Positions 35,243 to 45,600 are shown, numbered from the stretch's first letter. The stretch: 64,000 nt of DNA from Candidatus Bathyarchaeota archaeon (GCA_963827165.1 CAWGZR010000010.1:71394-135393); one strand, 5' to 3'. Made by a program: numbers and translations. Notes: generated by a model from the letters alone, not told the origin.

Positions 35243-37948
35243 TTACGGATGCTTTCTTGTGACGAGCAATGCGAGAACTGCGCCGATAACGATTATGATG
35301 ATAGCAATAGCAACGATTCCATATTCAACTGTGCTATTAGATGCTAAGTTAGTGGCTGGAGTTGTAGTTGGCGCTGTTGATGCTACCGGTTCGCCTGCGA
35401 ACATGTGCGCTGTGGCTGATGATCCGTAGTATCCGTTTGTGCCTGCGAAAACTGCGTAGACTGTGTAGTTGCCGGCGATGTCGGGTGTCCAAGTTAGGCT
35501 GTATGATCCGCTTGCGTCTGAGGTTGTTGTGGCGACTGCGCGGTAGTTGTTGTTGCTGTCTAAGACGTAGATTGTAACTGGAACGCCTGTTAAGTTGCTT
35601 GGCATCGGCTGCTGCTCGTACGCTGCTTCCATTAATCCGGACATGCTTGCATCTGATACGCATGGCAGACCGTTGGGGAAGTTCGCTGCGACCGCTGGTT
35701 GTGATGCGCCTGCGCTTATGTCTGTGACTGCGCCGCTGATGACTATCGGGGTCTTTGTAGTTACGCCGATTGCAGGTACGTTGATTGTTGTTTTGCTTGG
35801 TCCCTGTGCGTACGCGTAGATTTGTCCGTCGTATGCGTTGAGTGTTGTCATGACGCCGTCTGCGACTGCGGTTGCTGTGTCGTCAAAGCCTAGGTTGCTC
35901 CAGAGCAGTTTGCCTGTATTTCCGTCAAAGGCTAGTTCTTGTGCACCATGGAACAGCGGTGGGTCATATTCGTGTCCTTCAGATAGGTATAGTACGGTAT
36001 TTGCGCCTTGTCCTGCTAGGGCTTCATCAGAGAAGACCCAGATCGGGTAAATGCCATATGGAGATTCAGTGCCTGCAGGTCCGTGAAGCTGATAGGTGCT
36101 CCATGACCAGATGATTGCGCCGTTAGTTATGTTGAGTGCCCATACGTCGCCTCCTAAGGCCCAAACGTACAGAACCCCGGTTGTTGTGTCAGGTACAGTT
36201 TCGAAGTCGAATGAGTCATATGGGTTCGGCATGTTGCCGTCAGCCATTGGAACGTTAAGGTTACTTGTCCAAACAGATTTGCCTGTGTCAACGTTGAAGC
36301 CTTCAGCCACGTATGAATTCTGGTTAATTTCCACGTAGATTCCGTCGGCTAATGATGGCGTGTTGCTTAGTCTGGTGTATGATGGGTTAAGCATGGGTGT
36401 GTCAGAGCTTGTACGGTTGTATATCCATTCGAGGTGTCCGTCTTTTGTGCTAAAGCCTGCTTCAACCTGGTATCCTTTTTGTTCCGCGACTGAAACGGTT
36501 CCGGTTGATGTGACTATGGTGTTTTGTCCCCAGACGCTGAATCCGAAGCCGCCTCCAGTTAAGCCTGATACGAGTGCACCGTTAAGATATGCGCCCATTG
36601 GGTTAGACCACATGACGCCGTTCTTCCAGAGGAACACTGAGTTCAAAGAGAAGCCGAAGTTGAATGCCGCATTGAAGTTCAAGGCAAGACTTAAGTTCCA
36701 AAGGTACAGGTTGGGTCCTAAAGTAGAGTTCACAACGAAAGTATGAGTAGTTGTCGTGGTTCCAAGTAGCGCGGTTCCAGCCCATGTTACGGTCATGGAT
36801 CCAGCAGTGCTGTTTGTGCCGTAGCCGATGATGTTTCCGTGCGCGTCTTCACCTAGGTATCCTGGGGCTGTTCCGTTGACGACTGCACAGAGGAATTGCC
36901 CTGTTAAGCCGTCGAAGATGTTGAATTCAGTTCCAGTGTTGTGCCAGCTTGGTGACATTCCGCCTGTCTGTGATGCGGGCATTGTGCCTGTGGTGATGAG
37001 GAAGGGACCTGTAACGCCGTATTGGTTGATGTTTTCAAAGTCTGTGACCATGCCGCATCTGAGGATGGTGGTTGTGTTCATTACCCAAAGGGTTTGGCCG
37101 CTGAATAGGTCAATTGCGATGATTCCTTGTTCGCTGCTTGTACTGCTTGTGTACCATGTTGAGTATTCTACTCCGTTGATTATGACGGGGGCATATTTGG
37201 GTTCATATTGTGATGTTACCCAGTAATTGCTGAATTGCTCACTGCCGCCGAGTTCGCCGCCTGCAATTCCGCCTGCACACCAAACTTTCGTCCATATGAT
37301 GTGGGCGGTTTTTGGAGTAGCGCTGTATGGGTTGTAGTTGCCGGTGAAGTTGTAGCCTCCTGTTGCTGCGAATGTGTTTGCTGCGAATCCGAGCCATGAT
37401 CCAGTTAATGCGGACCATAGTTGGACGTTTTCTGCATTGGCTGGTGTTTGCCACCACGTTGTTGGAAGTGGTGTGTCTGGTAAGCCGCCTCTTGGCTCGT
37501 TGGTTACGATAAGAGTTGCTTTTTCACTTGTGCTGCCTTGGTTGTAGTATGCCTGATTAGCTCCTGTGTATTGCTGTCCTCCATAAACCATCCAGAATGT
37601 GTAGTTGCCCACTGTGCTTGGAGTGTATGTGGTGAATGTGCCGCCGGTTAAGTCTGCTGTGAAGTTTCCTAAGGTGCTTGTTACTCCCGCGGGGGTGGTA
37701 ACGTAGACTTGTAAGCCAACTGCGTGTTCGCTGTCAAACATCGGGTCTGCGAGCCAAAAGCCTACAGTGACTACCTGTCCGACACCGCATGGGTTAGGTG
37801 CAACGTTGCAATAAGCGATTGTTGGAACAATGATGCTGCCTGCTGTCTGTGCATTTGTGCTTGGGATAAGTACTGAGGTACCGCTGATGATGAATATCAT
37901 TACAATCGAGATGGCTATCGCTGCAATTTTATTTTTTGTGTTTATCAT
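35243..37948 (-). CDS. 901-aa PQQ-like beta-propeller surface protein (paralog B)
   Basis: Same architecture; last ~40 aa identical to paralog A. Confidence 0.85.
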   Translation of the reverse strand: MINTKNKIAAIAISIVMIFIISGTSVLIPSTNAQTAGSIIVPTIAYCNVAPNPCGVGQVVTVGFWLADPMFDSEHAVGLQVYVTTPAGVTSTLGNFTADLTGGTFTTYTPSTVGNYTFWMVYGGQQYTGANQAYYNQGSTSEKATLIVTNEPRGGLPDTPLPTTWWQTPANAENVQLWSALTGSWLGFAANTFAATGGYNFTGNYNPYSATPKTAHIIWTKVWCAGGIAGGELGGSEQFSNYWVTSQYEPKYAPVIINGVEYSTWYTSSTSSEQGIIAIDLFSGQTLWVMNTTTILRCGMVTDFENINQYGVTGPFLITTGTMPASQTGGMSPSWHNTGTEFNIFDGLTGQFLCAVVNGTAPGYLGEDAHGNIIGYGTNSTAGSMTVTWAGTALLGTTTTTHTFVVNSTLGPNLYLWNLSLALNFNAAFNFGFSLNSVFLWKNGVMWSNPMGAYLNGALVSGLTGGGFGFSVWGQNTIVTSTGTVSVAEQKGYQVEAGFSTKDGHLEWIYNRTSSDTPMLNPSYTRLSNTPSLADGIYVEINQNSYVAEGFNVDTGKSVWTSNLNVPMADGNMPNPYDSFDFETVPDTTTGVLYVWALGGDVWALNITNGAIIWSWSTYQLHGPAGTESPYGIYPIWVFSDEALAGQGANTVLYLSEGHEYDPPLFHGAQELAFDGNTGKLLWSNLGFDDTATAVADGVMTTLNAYDGQIYAYAQGPSKTTINVPAIGVTTKTPIVISGAVTDISAGASQPAVAANFPNGLPCVSDASMSGLMEAAYEQQPMPSNLTGVPVTIYVLDSNNNYRAVATTTSDASGSYSLTWTPDIAGNYTVYAVFAGTNGYYGSSATAHMFAGEPVASTAPTTTPATNLASNSTVEYGIVAIAIIIIVIGAVLALLVTRKHP

Positions 37949-38241
37949 TTTTCTCTTTTCTTCCTTAATTTTCTATTATTTGATTGAGCAAAAAGCCTTT
38001 AGCTGTTTACCCAATAAGCTTTCTTATGCCTTCATAACGTATTTAATACTTCCGTGAAGCTACACCAGTGTACCTATGTATTGAGAAAAAAAGTTTTGTT
38101 GAACAAATATCCAGATGTCTGCCATTTTTCTCCTTGTTCTTGCAAGTGAGGAGGGTCAAATAAAGAAGAAGGCTAATCAATTCAACTCGCCTTAAGACTA
38201 ATGATCCTCCGAAAACAAGCCCTAAGCCGCCGATTTCGCGG

Positions 38242-39291
38242 TCAAGCGGGCTGCTGTTGCGAGATACAATGAATCGCGCCGAACCCACATATCAAATCGA
38301 CGCAGTTTACACCTACAACGGTTCTTGTTGGGAAAAGTTTCTGAAGGATATTAACCGCAATTTTGTCGTTTTCGCTTTCGAAAGTCGGAACCAAAACCGT
38401 TCGGTTGCCTATGTAAAAGTTTGTGTAACTCGCAGGCAACCTCTTCCCATCGTAGCAAACGTTTCCAGGCATTGGCAGCTTGATAACCTCGAGTTTGTTC
38501 CCTTCTTGATCTGTTGATTGCTCCAATAATTCAAAGTTTTTTCTTAAAGCTTCGTTGTTTTCGTCGTCTCCATCGTCATAGCCGCACACAACTGTAGTTG
38601 GGTTCACGAAACGCGCTAAGTCGTCAACGTGCCCATCGGTGTCATCTCCAACTATACCGCTTTTCAACCAGATTACGTGAGTGACACCCAAATAATCCAT
38701 CAGGAACTTTTCGATTTCCTCTTTCTTAAGGCATCCATTCCGGTTCTTGTTCAAGAGGCATTGTTCAGTGGTAAGCAGAGTTCCTTTTCCATTGACGTCA
38801 ATGGAACCGCCTTCCAAAACGACTCCAGGCTCAAAACATGGCAGCTGCATAGCCTTGTTGATTTCATGCGGTATCTGCGCATCCTTCATAAGTTCCTCAT
38901 ATTTTTCTCCCCAAGAATTGAAAGTCCAATGCACTATCGCCAAATCTGCGTCATGCTTAACGAAAATAGGACCGTAATCGCGGAACCAAACGTCAGCATA
39001 ACCGAACACAAAAAAACGTACCCTCTTCAGGTCAATATTGCGGGCTTGAAGCAGGCTAGATACTTCTTCCTTCATGCACGGGTCCTTTACGAAAAGATTA
39101 ACGTTCTCATCCTTGTGCAGCAAGCTGATGATTTGAACAAATGTTTCTTCAACTTTTTCAACCCCCGATGTAAATGTTGTAGGGTCATGTGGCCAAGCGA
39201 GCCAGATTGCCTCATGTTTTGACCATTCAGCGGGCATGCAGTAGCCAAGTTCTCGAGGCGTTTTTTCCTGGGCATTTCGCGGATTCTTCAT
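38242..39291 (-). CDS. aguA: Agmatine deiminase
   Basis: MPAEW..HEAIWLAWP, DVWFRDYGP, LEGGSIDVNGKG, DDTDGHVDDLARF, ASYTNFYI, GFGAIHCISQQQP; ATG at 39291. Confidence 0.93.
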   Translation of the reverse strand: MKNPRNAQEKTPRELGYCMPAEWSKHEAIWLAWPHDPTTFTSGVEKVEETFVQIISLLHKDENVNLFVKDPCMKEEVSSLLQARNIDLKRVRFFVFGYADVWFRDYGPIFVKHDADLAIVHWTFNSWGEKYEELMKDAQIPHEINKAMQLPCFEPGVVLEGGSIDVNGKGTLLTTEQCLLNKNRNGCLKKEEIEKFLMDYLGVTHVIWLKSGIVGDDTDGHVDDLARFVNPTTVVCGYDDGDDENNEALRKNFELLEQSTDQEGNKLEVIKLPMPGNVCYDGKRLPASYTNFYIGNRTVLVPTFESENDKIAVNILQKLFPTRTVVGVNCVDLICGFGAIHCISQQQPA

Positions 39292-39295
39292 TAAC

Positions 39296-40207
39296 TTAGG
39301 TGTCCTCCACGAGTTCGCGGTAAGAGTCAGGTCGCCGATTTCGAAGAAAACCCCAGCCATCCTGAATCCTCTTGTTTTTTGCAAGATCAACCTCAACAAC
39401 CAAAGTTTCCTCTTTCCTCATGCTTGCCTCTTTAAGCATCATGCCAAACGAGTCACATACAAATGAACCGCCCCAAAACCCAAGTTTCCCTTCCACACCA
39501 ACACGGTTCACAGCGGCCACATGGACGCCATTCGCGATAGCATTACCGCGCTGAACAGTTTTCCAAGCGTCATGCCAGTCGCCATCCGATGAGACTTCGC
39601 CTTCGATATAGCCAATCGCCGTTGGGTAAAAGAGGATTTCCGCACCCTTCAAAGCATTGATTCTTGCAGGTTCAGGAAACCATTGATCATAACAAATCAG
39701 CACCGATAAGCGGGCGTAACGGGTTTCGAAGACACGGTATCCTGTGTCACCTGCGTCAAAAAAGTTTTTTTCGTAAAACAGGGGATCGCAGGGTACATGC
39801 ATCTTGCGATAAACGCCCAAGGTTTTCCCGTCTGCATCAATTACAACGGCTGAATTGTAGAAATTCCCATTCCAAGCCTTCTCAAAAATAGGCGCAATTA
39901 TGACGGCGGCGTTCTTTTTCGCCAGCGTCGAAAATGTTCTTGTAGTTTCGCCGGGAACTGTTTCAGCCAAACCGCTTGCATCTTGTTTTTCGGTCTGCGG
40001 AAAATACCGTGATCTGTAAAGCTCGGGTAGGCAGATTATTTGAGCGCCCCTGCTTGAGGCTTCTTCAACTTTTTCGACCGCATTTTTCATATTGTCGGCT
40101 ATGACGTCTGAAGCAGCGGTTTGAATTAGCCCAACTTTGACGATTTTTTCTTGATCCAGTGGCTGAGAGATCCTCGAAACAGTAACCACCCTTTTTCTTA
40201 GTTGCAA
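39296..40207 (-). CDS. aguB: N-carbamoylputrescine amidase (nitrilase fold)
   Basis: Catalytic E-K-C: LPELY, YRKMHVP, ICYDQWFPE; YPTAIG; NRVG; FLRNRRP. Confidence 0.88.
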   Translation of the reverse strand: MQLRKRVVTVSRISQPLDQEKIVKVGLIQTAASDVIADNMKNAVEKVEEASSRGAQIICLPELYRSRYFPQTEKQDASGLAETVPGETTRTFSTLAKKNAAVIIAPIFEKAWNGNFYNSAVVIDADGKTLGVYRKMHVPCDPLFYEKNFFDAGDTGYRVFETRYARLSVLICYDQWFPEPARINALKGAEILFYPTAIGYIEGEVSSDGDWHDAWKTVQRGNAIANGVHVAAVNRVGVEGKLGFWGGSFVCDSFGMMLKEASMRKEETLVVEVDLAKNKRIQDGWGFLRNRRPDSYRELVEDT

Positions 40208-40428
40208 GTATGTAAGTTTTGAAGGTTATAACTTTTCTGAAGCTAGTTCAATGGAACCTGCTTTGACTTTTCCCGTGCGTTTGAAGAAAAAGAGCAACTT
40301 CACTGATGCGAATAGGGTACTTAGTAAAACTGAGGTTTGGGATTAAGGGTCGGGGCTTTAAAGGCCTTGCAGAACTGCTATCCCCGGCTTGAAGCAAACG
40401 GTTAATTTCTTGTCTTCCAAATAGTTAA

Positions 40429-41712
40429 TTGGTCAGGTTCTTTTTGGGTAAACCACAAGACGCCGCTCTAAAACCACAGCTTACGTTGTTTGATGCCATA
40501 GTCACGGGTCTCGCAGCAATTCTCGGCGCAGGCATATTCACAGTAATAGCGCCCGCGGCAGGACTAGCTGGACCCGCCATCTTGATATCCTTTGGCATCG
40601 CGGCGTTCGTGGCGTTTTGCAACGCGTCATCGTCAATCCAGTTAGCCGCTGTTTTCCCCCGTTCAGGAGGCACCTACGAGTTTGGAAGGAGAATGCTGGG
40701 CAACTGGTGGGGTTTCATTGCAGGCTGGATGTTCCTTTTGGCAAACACTGTGGGACCAGGCGTAAGCGCTATAGCATTCGGAAGCTACCTTCACGCAGTC
40801 TGGCCCGCTGTTCCAAGCCAAGTAGCAGCAATCGGCGTTGCAGTGGTTATGGTTCTTCTTGACGCCGTAGGAATTCGCAGATCAGTACGAGTGACAGGAG
40901 TAATAGTCATTTTGTCAATTGCCGCCCTCCTAACTGTCGCTGTGATCGGTCTCCCATCTGCGCATTTAGCTAATTTCTTACCGTTTGCCCCAGGCGGAGT
41001 CGTTGGAATATTGCGCGCCACAGGATTACTTTTCTTCGCCTACACTGGATACAGCAGAATCGCAACTCTGGTAGAAGAAGTGAAAAATCCGAAGAAAACC
41101 ATCCCGAGAGCCTCTTTGATAGCGCTCGGCAGCGTCACCTTCCTTTATCTCTTTGTAGTTGGAACGGCAATTGCTGTCTTGGGAGCATCGGGCTTGGCAG
41201 GTTCACCTTCGCCTTTGGAAGCTATGATGATAGCTGTTGGAAGTGGCTTGGGCGTGGCTTTGGTGGCGGGAGGCGCATTGTTAACAACCTTCAACGAGGG
41301 GCTCTCCGATCTTTTAGGAGTTTCTCGCGTTGCCTTCGCCATGGGCAGGGAAAGCGACTTACCTATTGGTTTAGCAAAACTTGGTGCTGGCAAAAACCCG
41401 TGGAGAAGCGTAATCTTTGTCGGAGCAGTCACGCTGATTGTTGCAGCTTTTGCCCCGCTGGAATTGGCGGTGGCGGTATCCAGCTTCGGCACACTACTAT
41501 ACTACTCCATAACCAACGTTTCAGCCCTTAAACTGCCAAACGCACAAAGAACTTTCCCACGCGCTCTTGCAGTAGCTGGACTCGCGGGATGTTTAGGGCT
41601 AGCATTTGCTTTATCCCCTGAATACATTGCAGTTGGACTATTGATTCTGGCGGCTGGCGCAGTATTCTATGTGATACGCAGAAGAATTATGCGGCAAAAA
41701 CAGTCAACTTAA
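40429..41712 (+). CDS. APC-family amino acid/polyamine permease
   Basis: About 12 TM; ILGAGIF, PRSGGTYEFG, FFAYTGY, EEVKNPKKTIPRA. Confidence 0.9.
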   Translation: MVRFFLGKPQDAALKPQLTLFDAIVTGLAAILGAGIFTVIAPAAGLAGPAILISFGIAAFVAFCNASSSIQLAAVFPRSGGTYEFGRRMLGNWWGFIAGWMFLLANTVGPGVSAIAFGSYLHAVWPAVPSQVAAIGVAVVMVLLDAVGIRRSVRVTGVIVILSIAALLTVAVIGLPSAHLANFLPFAPGGVVGILRATGLLFFAYTGYSRIATLVEEVKNPKKTIPRASLIALGSVTFLYLFVVGTAIAVLGASGLAGSPSPLEAMMIAVGSGLGVALVAGGALLTTFNEGLSDLLGVSRVAFAMGRESDLPIGLAKLGAGKNPWRSVIFVGAVTLIVAAFAPLELAVAVSSFGTLLYYSITNVSALKLPNAQRTFPRALAVAGLAGCLGLAFALSPEYIAVGLLILAAGAVFYVIRRRIMRQKQST

Positions 41713-42008
41713 GTTCTGGTTGTTTTCTTAAGGACGTAATCGAAGTACTTTTCAGTTGTTCCTTCACAGGACCATTCAGCCCGCAGCCTGGTTTTCTTTT
41801 CGGCCCTGCGCAACTCCGAAAGCAGCATCCGATTTACGTCCTTGATGCATTCGCCTTGGAATTCAGCAGTTACATCAAACCCGTCGCTGGTTGGTTTTAT
41901 TGTGCCGTTGCTACCGACTTTTCGTTCTAAAACGGATTTGATTGCTGGCGGGTTGGCGCTGCTTACGTTTGCAATCAACTTTATTTTTTTCCCAGGCATC
42001 AAAGTCAA
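41709..42008 (-). CDS. Hypothetical protein
   Basis: 99-aa ORF with a typical composition. Confidence 0.6.
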   Translation of the reverse strand: MTLMPGKKIKLIANVSSANPPAIKSVLERKVGSNGTIKPTSDGFDVTAEFQGECIKDVNRMLLSELRRAEKKTRLRAEWSCEGTTEKYFDYVLKKTTRT

Positions 42009-42065
42009 TCCTATAATGACGTGGCTTATCTGGTTTTAAAAGTCAGCCTGATTTAATATTATCTC

Positions 42066-42404
42066 TTACTTCTTATGCCTCTTGATTCTTTCCTGCCGCT
42101 GCGTTTTCTTTCGCCAATCTTTCTTGCGTTGGGTCGCAACAGTGAATTTTCCGCCTTGCCGTGGCATCTGCTCAACTTTGCGGTAACGTGAAACGTTTAC
42201 GTAGAATGTTTCGAGGTCTACTTTGTTAGATTTTAAATCCTCAAGATCCTGGTTCAATTCTTTTTTTGCGTCTTCGCCCGCATGGTCGAAAGCTTCGGAG
42301 TAAACGAGATATGCAGCATGAAACTGGAAGTTTGAGGTGTCGTCGATTAAAAGTTTCTCTGTTTGGGTTTCGCTTGTGGTCGGTTCGTTTGGTTCTTCAG
42401 ACAT
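42066..42404 (-). CDS. Hypothetical protein with basic C-tail
   Basis: 112-aa ORF. Confidence 0.65.
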   Translation of the reverse strand: MSEEPNEPTTSETQTEKLLIDDTSNFQFHAAYLVYSEAFDHAGEDAKKELNQDLEDLKSNKVDLETFYVNVSRYRKVEQMPRQGGKFTVATQRKKDWRKKTQRQERIKRHKK

Positions 42405-42504
42405 GTTATTCAGCTTTAATGATGAGCAATGTTGTTTTTCCCTCTTTTATATTTATGCCACGGAAAAAGCGGGTGTTTCTCTGAGCCGCAGGGCTAAAAA
42501 ATAG

Positions 42505-42924
42505 TCAGTGAATTAATTTTGCTCTGATTTTTTCAGATTCCTTTTCTAACTGCTCAGTGGACCACAGATCTAGTTCACGTTTGAATGGGTTTTGCGGCTT
42601 CATCGGGATAACGTGAACGTGCAGGTGAAATATAACTTGGCCAGCATCCGCTCCGTTATTCTGAACTATTCGGATAGCCTCTGTGTCTGTTGCCTCGCAC
42701 ACGGCGTGTGCGATTTTTTTAGCTACCACAAAGAGGTAAGCAGCTTCGCCCTCGGGGATTACATAGATGTTGACGTAATGCTTCTTCGGTACAACAAGCG
42801 TGTGCCCCTCGTTCACCGGGCGGTTACTTAAGAAAGCAGCGACCTGCTCATCTTCGTAGACTATGCTTGCAGGTGCATTTCTTCGAATTATTTGGCAAAA
42901 TGTACATCCGGATTCAGACATCAC
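42505..42924 (-). CDS. HIT-family nucleotide hydrolase
   Basis: CTFC, GHTLVVPKKH, NNG..AGQVIFHLHVHVIP. Confidence 0.93.
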   Translation of the reverse strand: MMSESGCTFCQIIRRNAPASIVYEDEQVAAFLSNRPVNEGHTLVVPKKHYVNIYVIPEGEAAYLFVVAKKIAHAVCEATDTEAIRIVQNNGADAGQVIFHLHVHVIPMKPQNPFKRELDLWSTEQLEKESEKIRAKLIH

Positions 42925-42989
42925 TCATACCTTTCAGCGGTTTAAAAGTGGGGTTAGCTTTAATAGAATTTCCTTCGATTTACTCTTTT

Positions 42990-44015
42990 ATGGATACTTT
43001 AGTTGACGATGTCGGAAGTTTTCCTCTGCCGCCCAACGTGAATAAGGAGGTTTTCAGCGAAGCCTATCGTCAGGCCAGGGCAGCGGCTGTCGATGGGAAA
43101 AACCTAAGAGAAGATGCTTTCTTAGAGAAGAACTTCTGTTCAGTCGTGCTCGATTCTTTTAGGCGGAAAGTCATGTCGGGTCTAGATGTGGCGAATTTTC
43201 CTCAGGAGTATGATGGGATGAGGCAAGTTGGAGACGTGTTGCATGCTGCGATGGAGCAAGGGTCTTTTCTCGTTGAACAAAAAACTGCGGTTTTGCCAGA
43301 AGTATACCTAATCAATCAGGAAGCCAAAGCCTTAAGCGAAGAATTCGGTAAAAAGATACAGTTACGAGTATCAATTTTTGGTCCGCTTGAGAATTATCTG
43401 CATGAAATAGGAACCACGCCCTACCAAGATGTCCTGGAAGGGTTGGCAGGGACGATTCAGCGCTTTGCGAAAAACAGCGTTCTAAACAGCAAGTACATCG
43501 AGACAGCGGTGGTTTCGATTGATGAGCCAAGCTTCGGCTTCAACAACATCCAAGCCCCATCCGACGTGGTTTGCGGTGTGCTGGAGAAAGCCTTCGATTT
43601 CAAAGGCGCGACTCGGCAGATTCATCTGCACTCAGCCGCCGGAGTTGGCGACTTGCTTTGCGTAAAAAACCTCGATGTCCTATCCTTTGAATATGCTGCA
43701 TCGCCGAAAAACATTGAGGCAGTTCCAAAAAGCATGCTTGATCGCATGGACAAGCAGATTCGGGTTGGAGTCGCTAGAACGGACATCGACGGAATATTGG
43801 CGGAACTCTACGAGAAAGGTGTCGTGAAACCTTCAGTCGATCAGATAGCTGAGGGGGTAGAGATAATAAAGAAAAGGTTTAGGGTTGCCAAGGAAAAATA
43901 TGGCGACCGGATGACTTTTACCGGTCCTGACTGCGGTTTAGGCGGGTGGCCCAGCCAAGAAGCAGCCACGCTACTACTCAGACGAACGGTTGAGGCTGTG
44001 AAAGCCGTTCAATGA
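42990..44015 (+). CDS. MetE catalytic-domain-like protein (core methionine synthase family)
   Basis: DVGSFPLP, NFPQ, IFGP, SIDEPS, QIHLH, SFE, GPDCGLGGW. Confidence 0.72.
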   Translation: MDTLVDDVGSFPLPPNVNKEVFSEAYRQARAAAVDGKNLREDAFLEKNFCSVVLDSFRRKVMSGLDVANFPQEYDGMRQVGDVLHAAMEQGSFLVEQKTAVLPEVYLINQEAKALSEEFGKKIQLRVSIFGPLENYLHEIGTTPYQDVLEGLAGTIQRFAKNSVLNSKYIETAVVSIDEPSFGFNNIQAPSDVVCGVLEKAFDFKGATRQIHLHSAAGVGDLLCVKNLDVLSFEYAASPKNIEAVPKSMLDRMDKQIRVGVARTDIDGILAELYEKGVVKPSVDQIAEGVEIIKKRFRVAKEKYGDRMTFTGPDCGLGGWPSQEAATLLLRRTVEAVKAVQ

Positions 44016-44888
44016 TTATTCTTGCGTCGTCTCCGGTTGGGAAGACTGCTGTTGCGATCTTGTCAGTGGCGGCCTTGTCTTTGCATGTTCCTGTTGTGCA
44101 GCAGTCAGGTCTTTGAAGCCGTACGTTCCAACTGGAGGCCAACCTGCTTCAGGCATAACCGATGGAATTAACATGATTGTGTTTGTTTGTGATTGCTGTC
44201 CTAATTCGTAGAGGATGTTCATCCATCTGAGTCTTAGTCCGTCTGGGCTTGCCTCGTATGCCTTGGCTGCTTCAATCATTTTCTGTGACGCTTCAAACTC
44301 GGCTGTGGCCAAGGTTACTCTTGCGATGCGTTCCCTTTCCGCTTGTGCTTGGCGGCTCATGGCGTCTTGCAGGTTGGGGGGGATTATGACGTCTCGAACC
44401 TCGACCGCAGTGACTTTGATGCCCCAGGACTCAGTTTTTTCATCGATGATTTCGCGCAGTTTAGCTCCGACTTTTTCCCGTTCAGCGAGCAGCTCGTTCA
44501 AGCTTTGTTTGCCAATGACTTCCCGCAGAGTCGTCTGCGAGGCGAGTTGTGTTGCTTGGTAGTAATTTTCCACTTGCAGGACGGCTTTTTCTAAGTCCAC
44601 AGGTTTCATGTAAAGCACGGAGTCCACATTTACTGGGACATTGTCTTTGGTCAGGGTTGATTCTGTTCGGAACTGGATGGTGTCGAGCCTGGTTGAGATT
44701 TTCAGCGGTGCCCTATCGATTATGGGGATAAGGTAGATTAAGCCGGGCCCTTTCAACCCCACGTAGCGTCCCAGACGCAGCACAGGCATTCTTTCCCATT
44801 CTCTTAGCACCCGTATTCCGCTTAGCAGGAATATGACTACGATGAAAACTATGAAGGCTATTAAGCCAATTAAAAGTTCACTTACCAT
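44016..44888 (-). CDS. SPFH/stomatin (slipin) protein
   Basis: RLGRY..LKGPG, TLTKDNVPV, QTTLREVIG, WGIKV..VEVRDV, AERERIA. Confidence 0.92.
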   Translation of the reverse strand: MVSELLIGLIAFIVFIVVIFLLSGIRVLREWERMPVLRLGRYVGLKGPGLIYLIPIIDRAPLKISTRLDTIQFRTESTLTKDNVPVNVDSVLYMKPVDLEKAVLQVENYYQATQLASQTTLREVIGKQSLNELLAEREKVGAKLREIIDEKTESWGIKVTAVEVRDVIIPPNLQDAMSRQAQAERERIARVTLATAEFEASQKMIEAAKAYEASPDGLRLRWMNILYELGQQSQTNTIMLIPSVMPEAGWPPVGTYGFKDLTAAQQEHAKTRPPLTRSQQQSSQPETTQE

Positions 44889-44928
44889 TATCTAACAACC
44901 TCGGTATCGTATTCAGCGCTCTACAGAA

Positions 44929-45324
44929 TTAAGCTTTTTGCTCGGCTGCCACAACCACAAGCGTTAAGCCATCCATGTCAACGACCTTTATCGCGGTGCC
45001 TGCGGGTATGTTTGTGTCTTTGGCTGTGGCTTCCCAGAACTCGCCGATCACGCGGACTTCACCTTTTGGGTTGAGGCCCGTAGTCGACGTGCCGACGGCG
45101 CCGATTAAAGCTTCTTTGCCTGTTTTGACACGTTTGAACTGGGCTCCGAATCCTTCGGCGAATATGACGATTATGATTGCTGCGACCGCGAACAGGGTTG
45201 CTGCCAAGGCGGCTTCGCCTGCTGTGGATAGTCCGATGAAGCTTATTCCGACGAGCGCTACGTATACGAGGAAGGCTCCGACAGCTATCAGGACGCCGAT
45301 GAGTAACCCAAGTGAAACATGCAT
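44929..45324 (-). CDS. NfeD-like C-terminal OB-fold membrane protein, stomatin operon partner
   Basis: TM helices then TGKEALIG..G...T.LNPKGEVRVIGEFWEA...I.VV..DGLTLVV. Confidence 0.85.
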   Translation of the reverse strand: MHVSLGLLIGVLIAVGAFLVYVALVGISFIGLSTAGEAALAATLFAVAAIIIVIFAEGFGAQFKRVKTGKEALIGAVGTSTTGLNPKGEVRVIGEFWEATAKDTNIPAGTAIKVVDMDGLTLVVVAAEQKA

Positions 45325-45444
45325 ACAGACAGCTCACTATTACATTGTTTGAATTTGCTTATAAAATTGATTGGCTGAGGGATGGGTTGGTTTTTTGTTG
45401 TTTGTGTTTTGTTATGAAAAAAGGTTTTTCATGCCACTTCTAAG

Positions 45445-45600
45445 AGAATTTGTTCCATAAGATTTGGGTTGCTTTGGCTGTTTGGGGCTGAAGCGTTTGA
45501 AAGTCACGTTTCTTCCCGTGGGATCCCGTTGAATCCCCTGCTTCCAGTGGAACCCCGCTTTTTCCGGTTTATTTTGGAATCCGTTTTCACCGGGACTGTT
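45445..45600 (-). repeat. Module copy 5 (inverted, more diverged): motif plus 10-bp-period TCCCGT-like array
   Basis: Reverse complement ...caggggattc/aacgggatcc/cacgggaaga/aacgtgactttcaaacgcttcagccccaaacagccaaagcaacccaaatc. Confidence 0.65.

Noticed and set aside
32091-37948. Diversity-generating retroelement acting on the 901-aa paralogs
   Set aside because: No reverse transcriptase in the window, and the differences are not adenine-specific.
45542-45553. ORB-like TTCCAGTGGAAC
   Set aside because: Single copy, no G-string, far from cdc6, and embedded in the copy-5 array.
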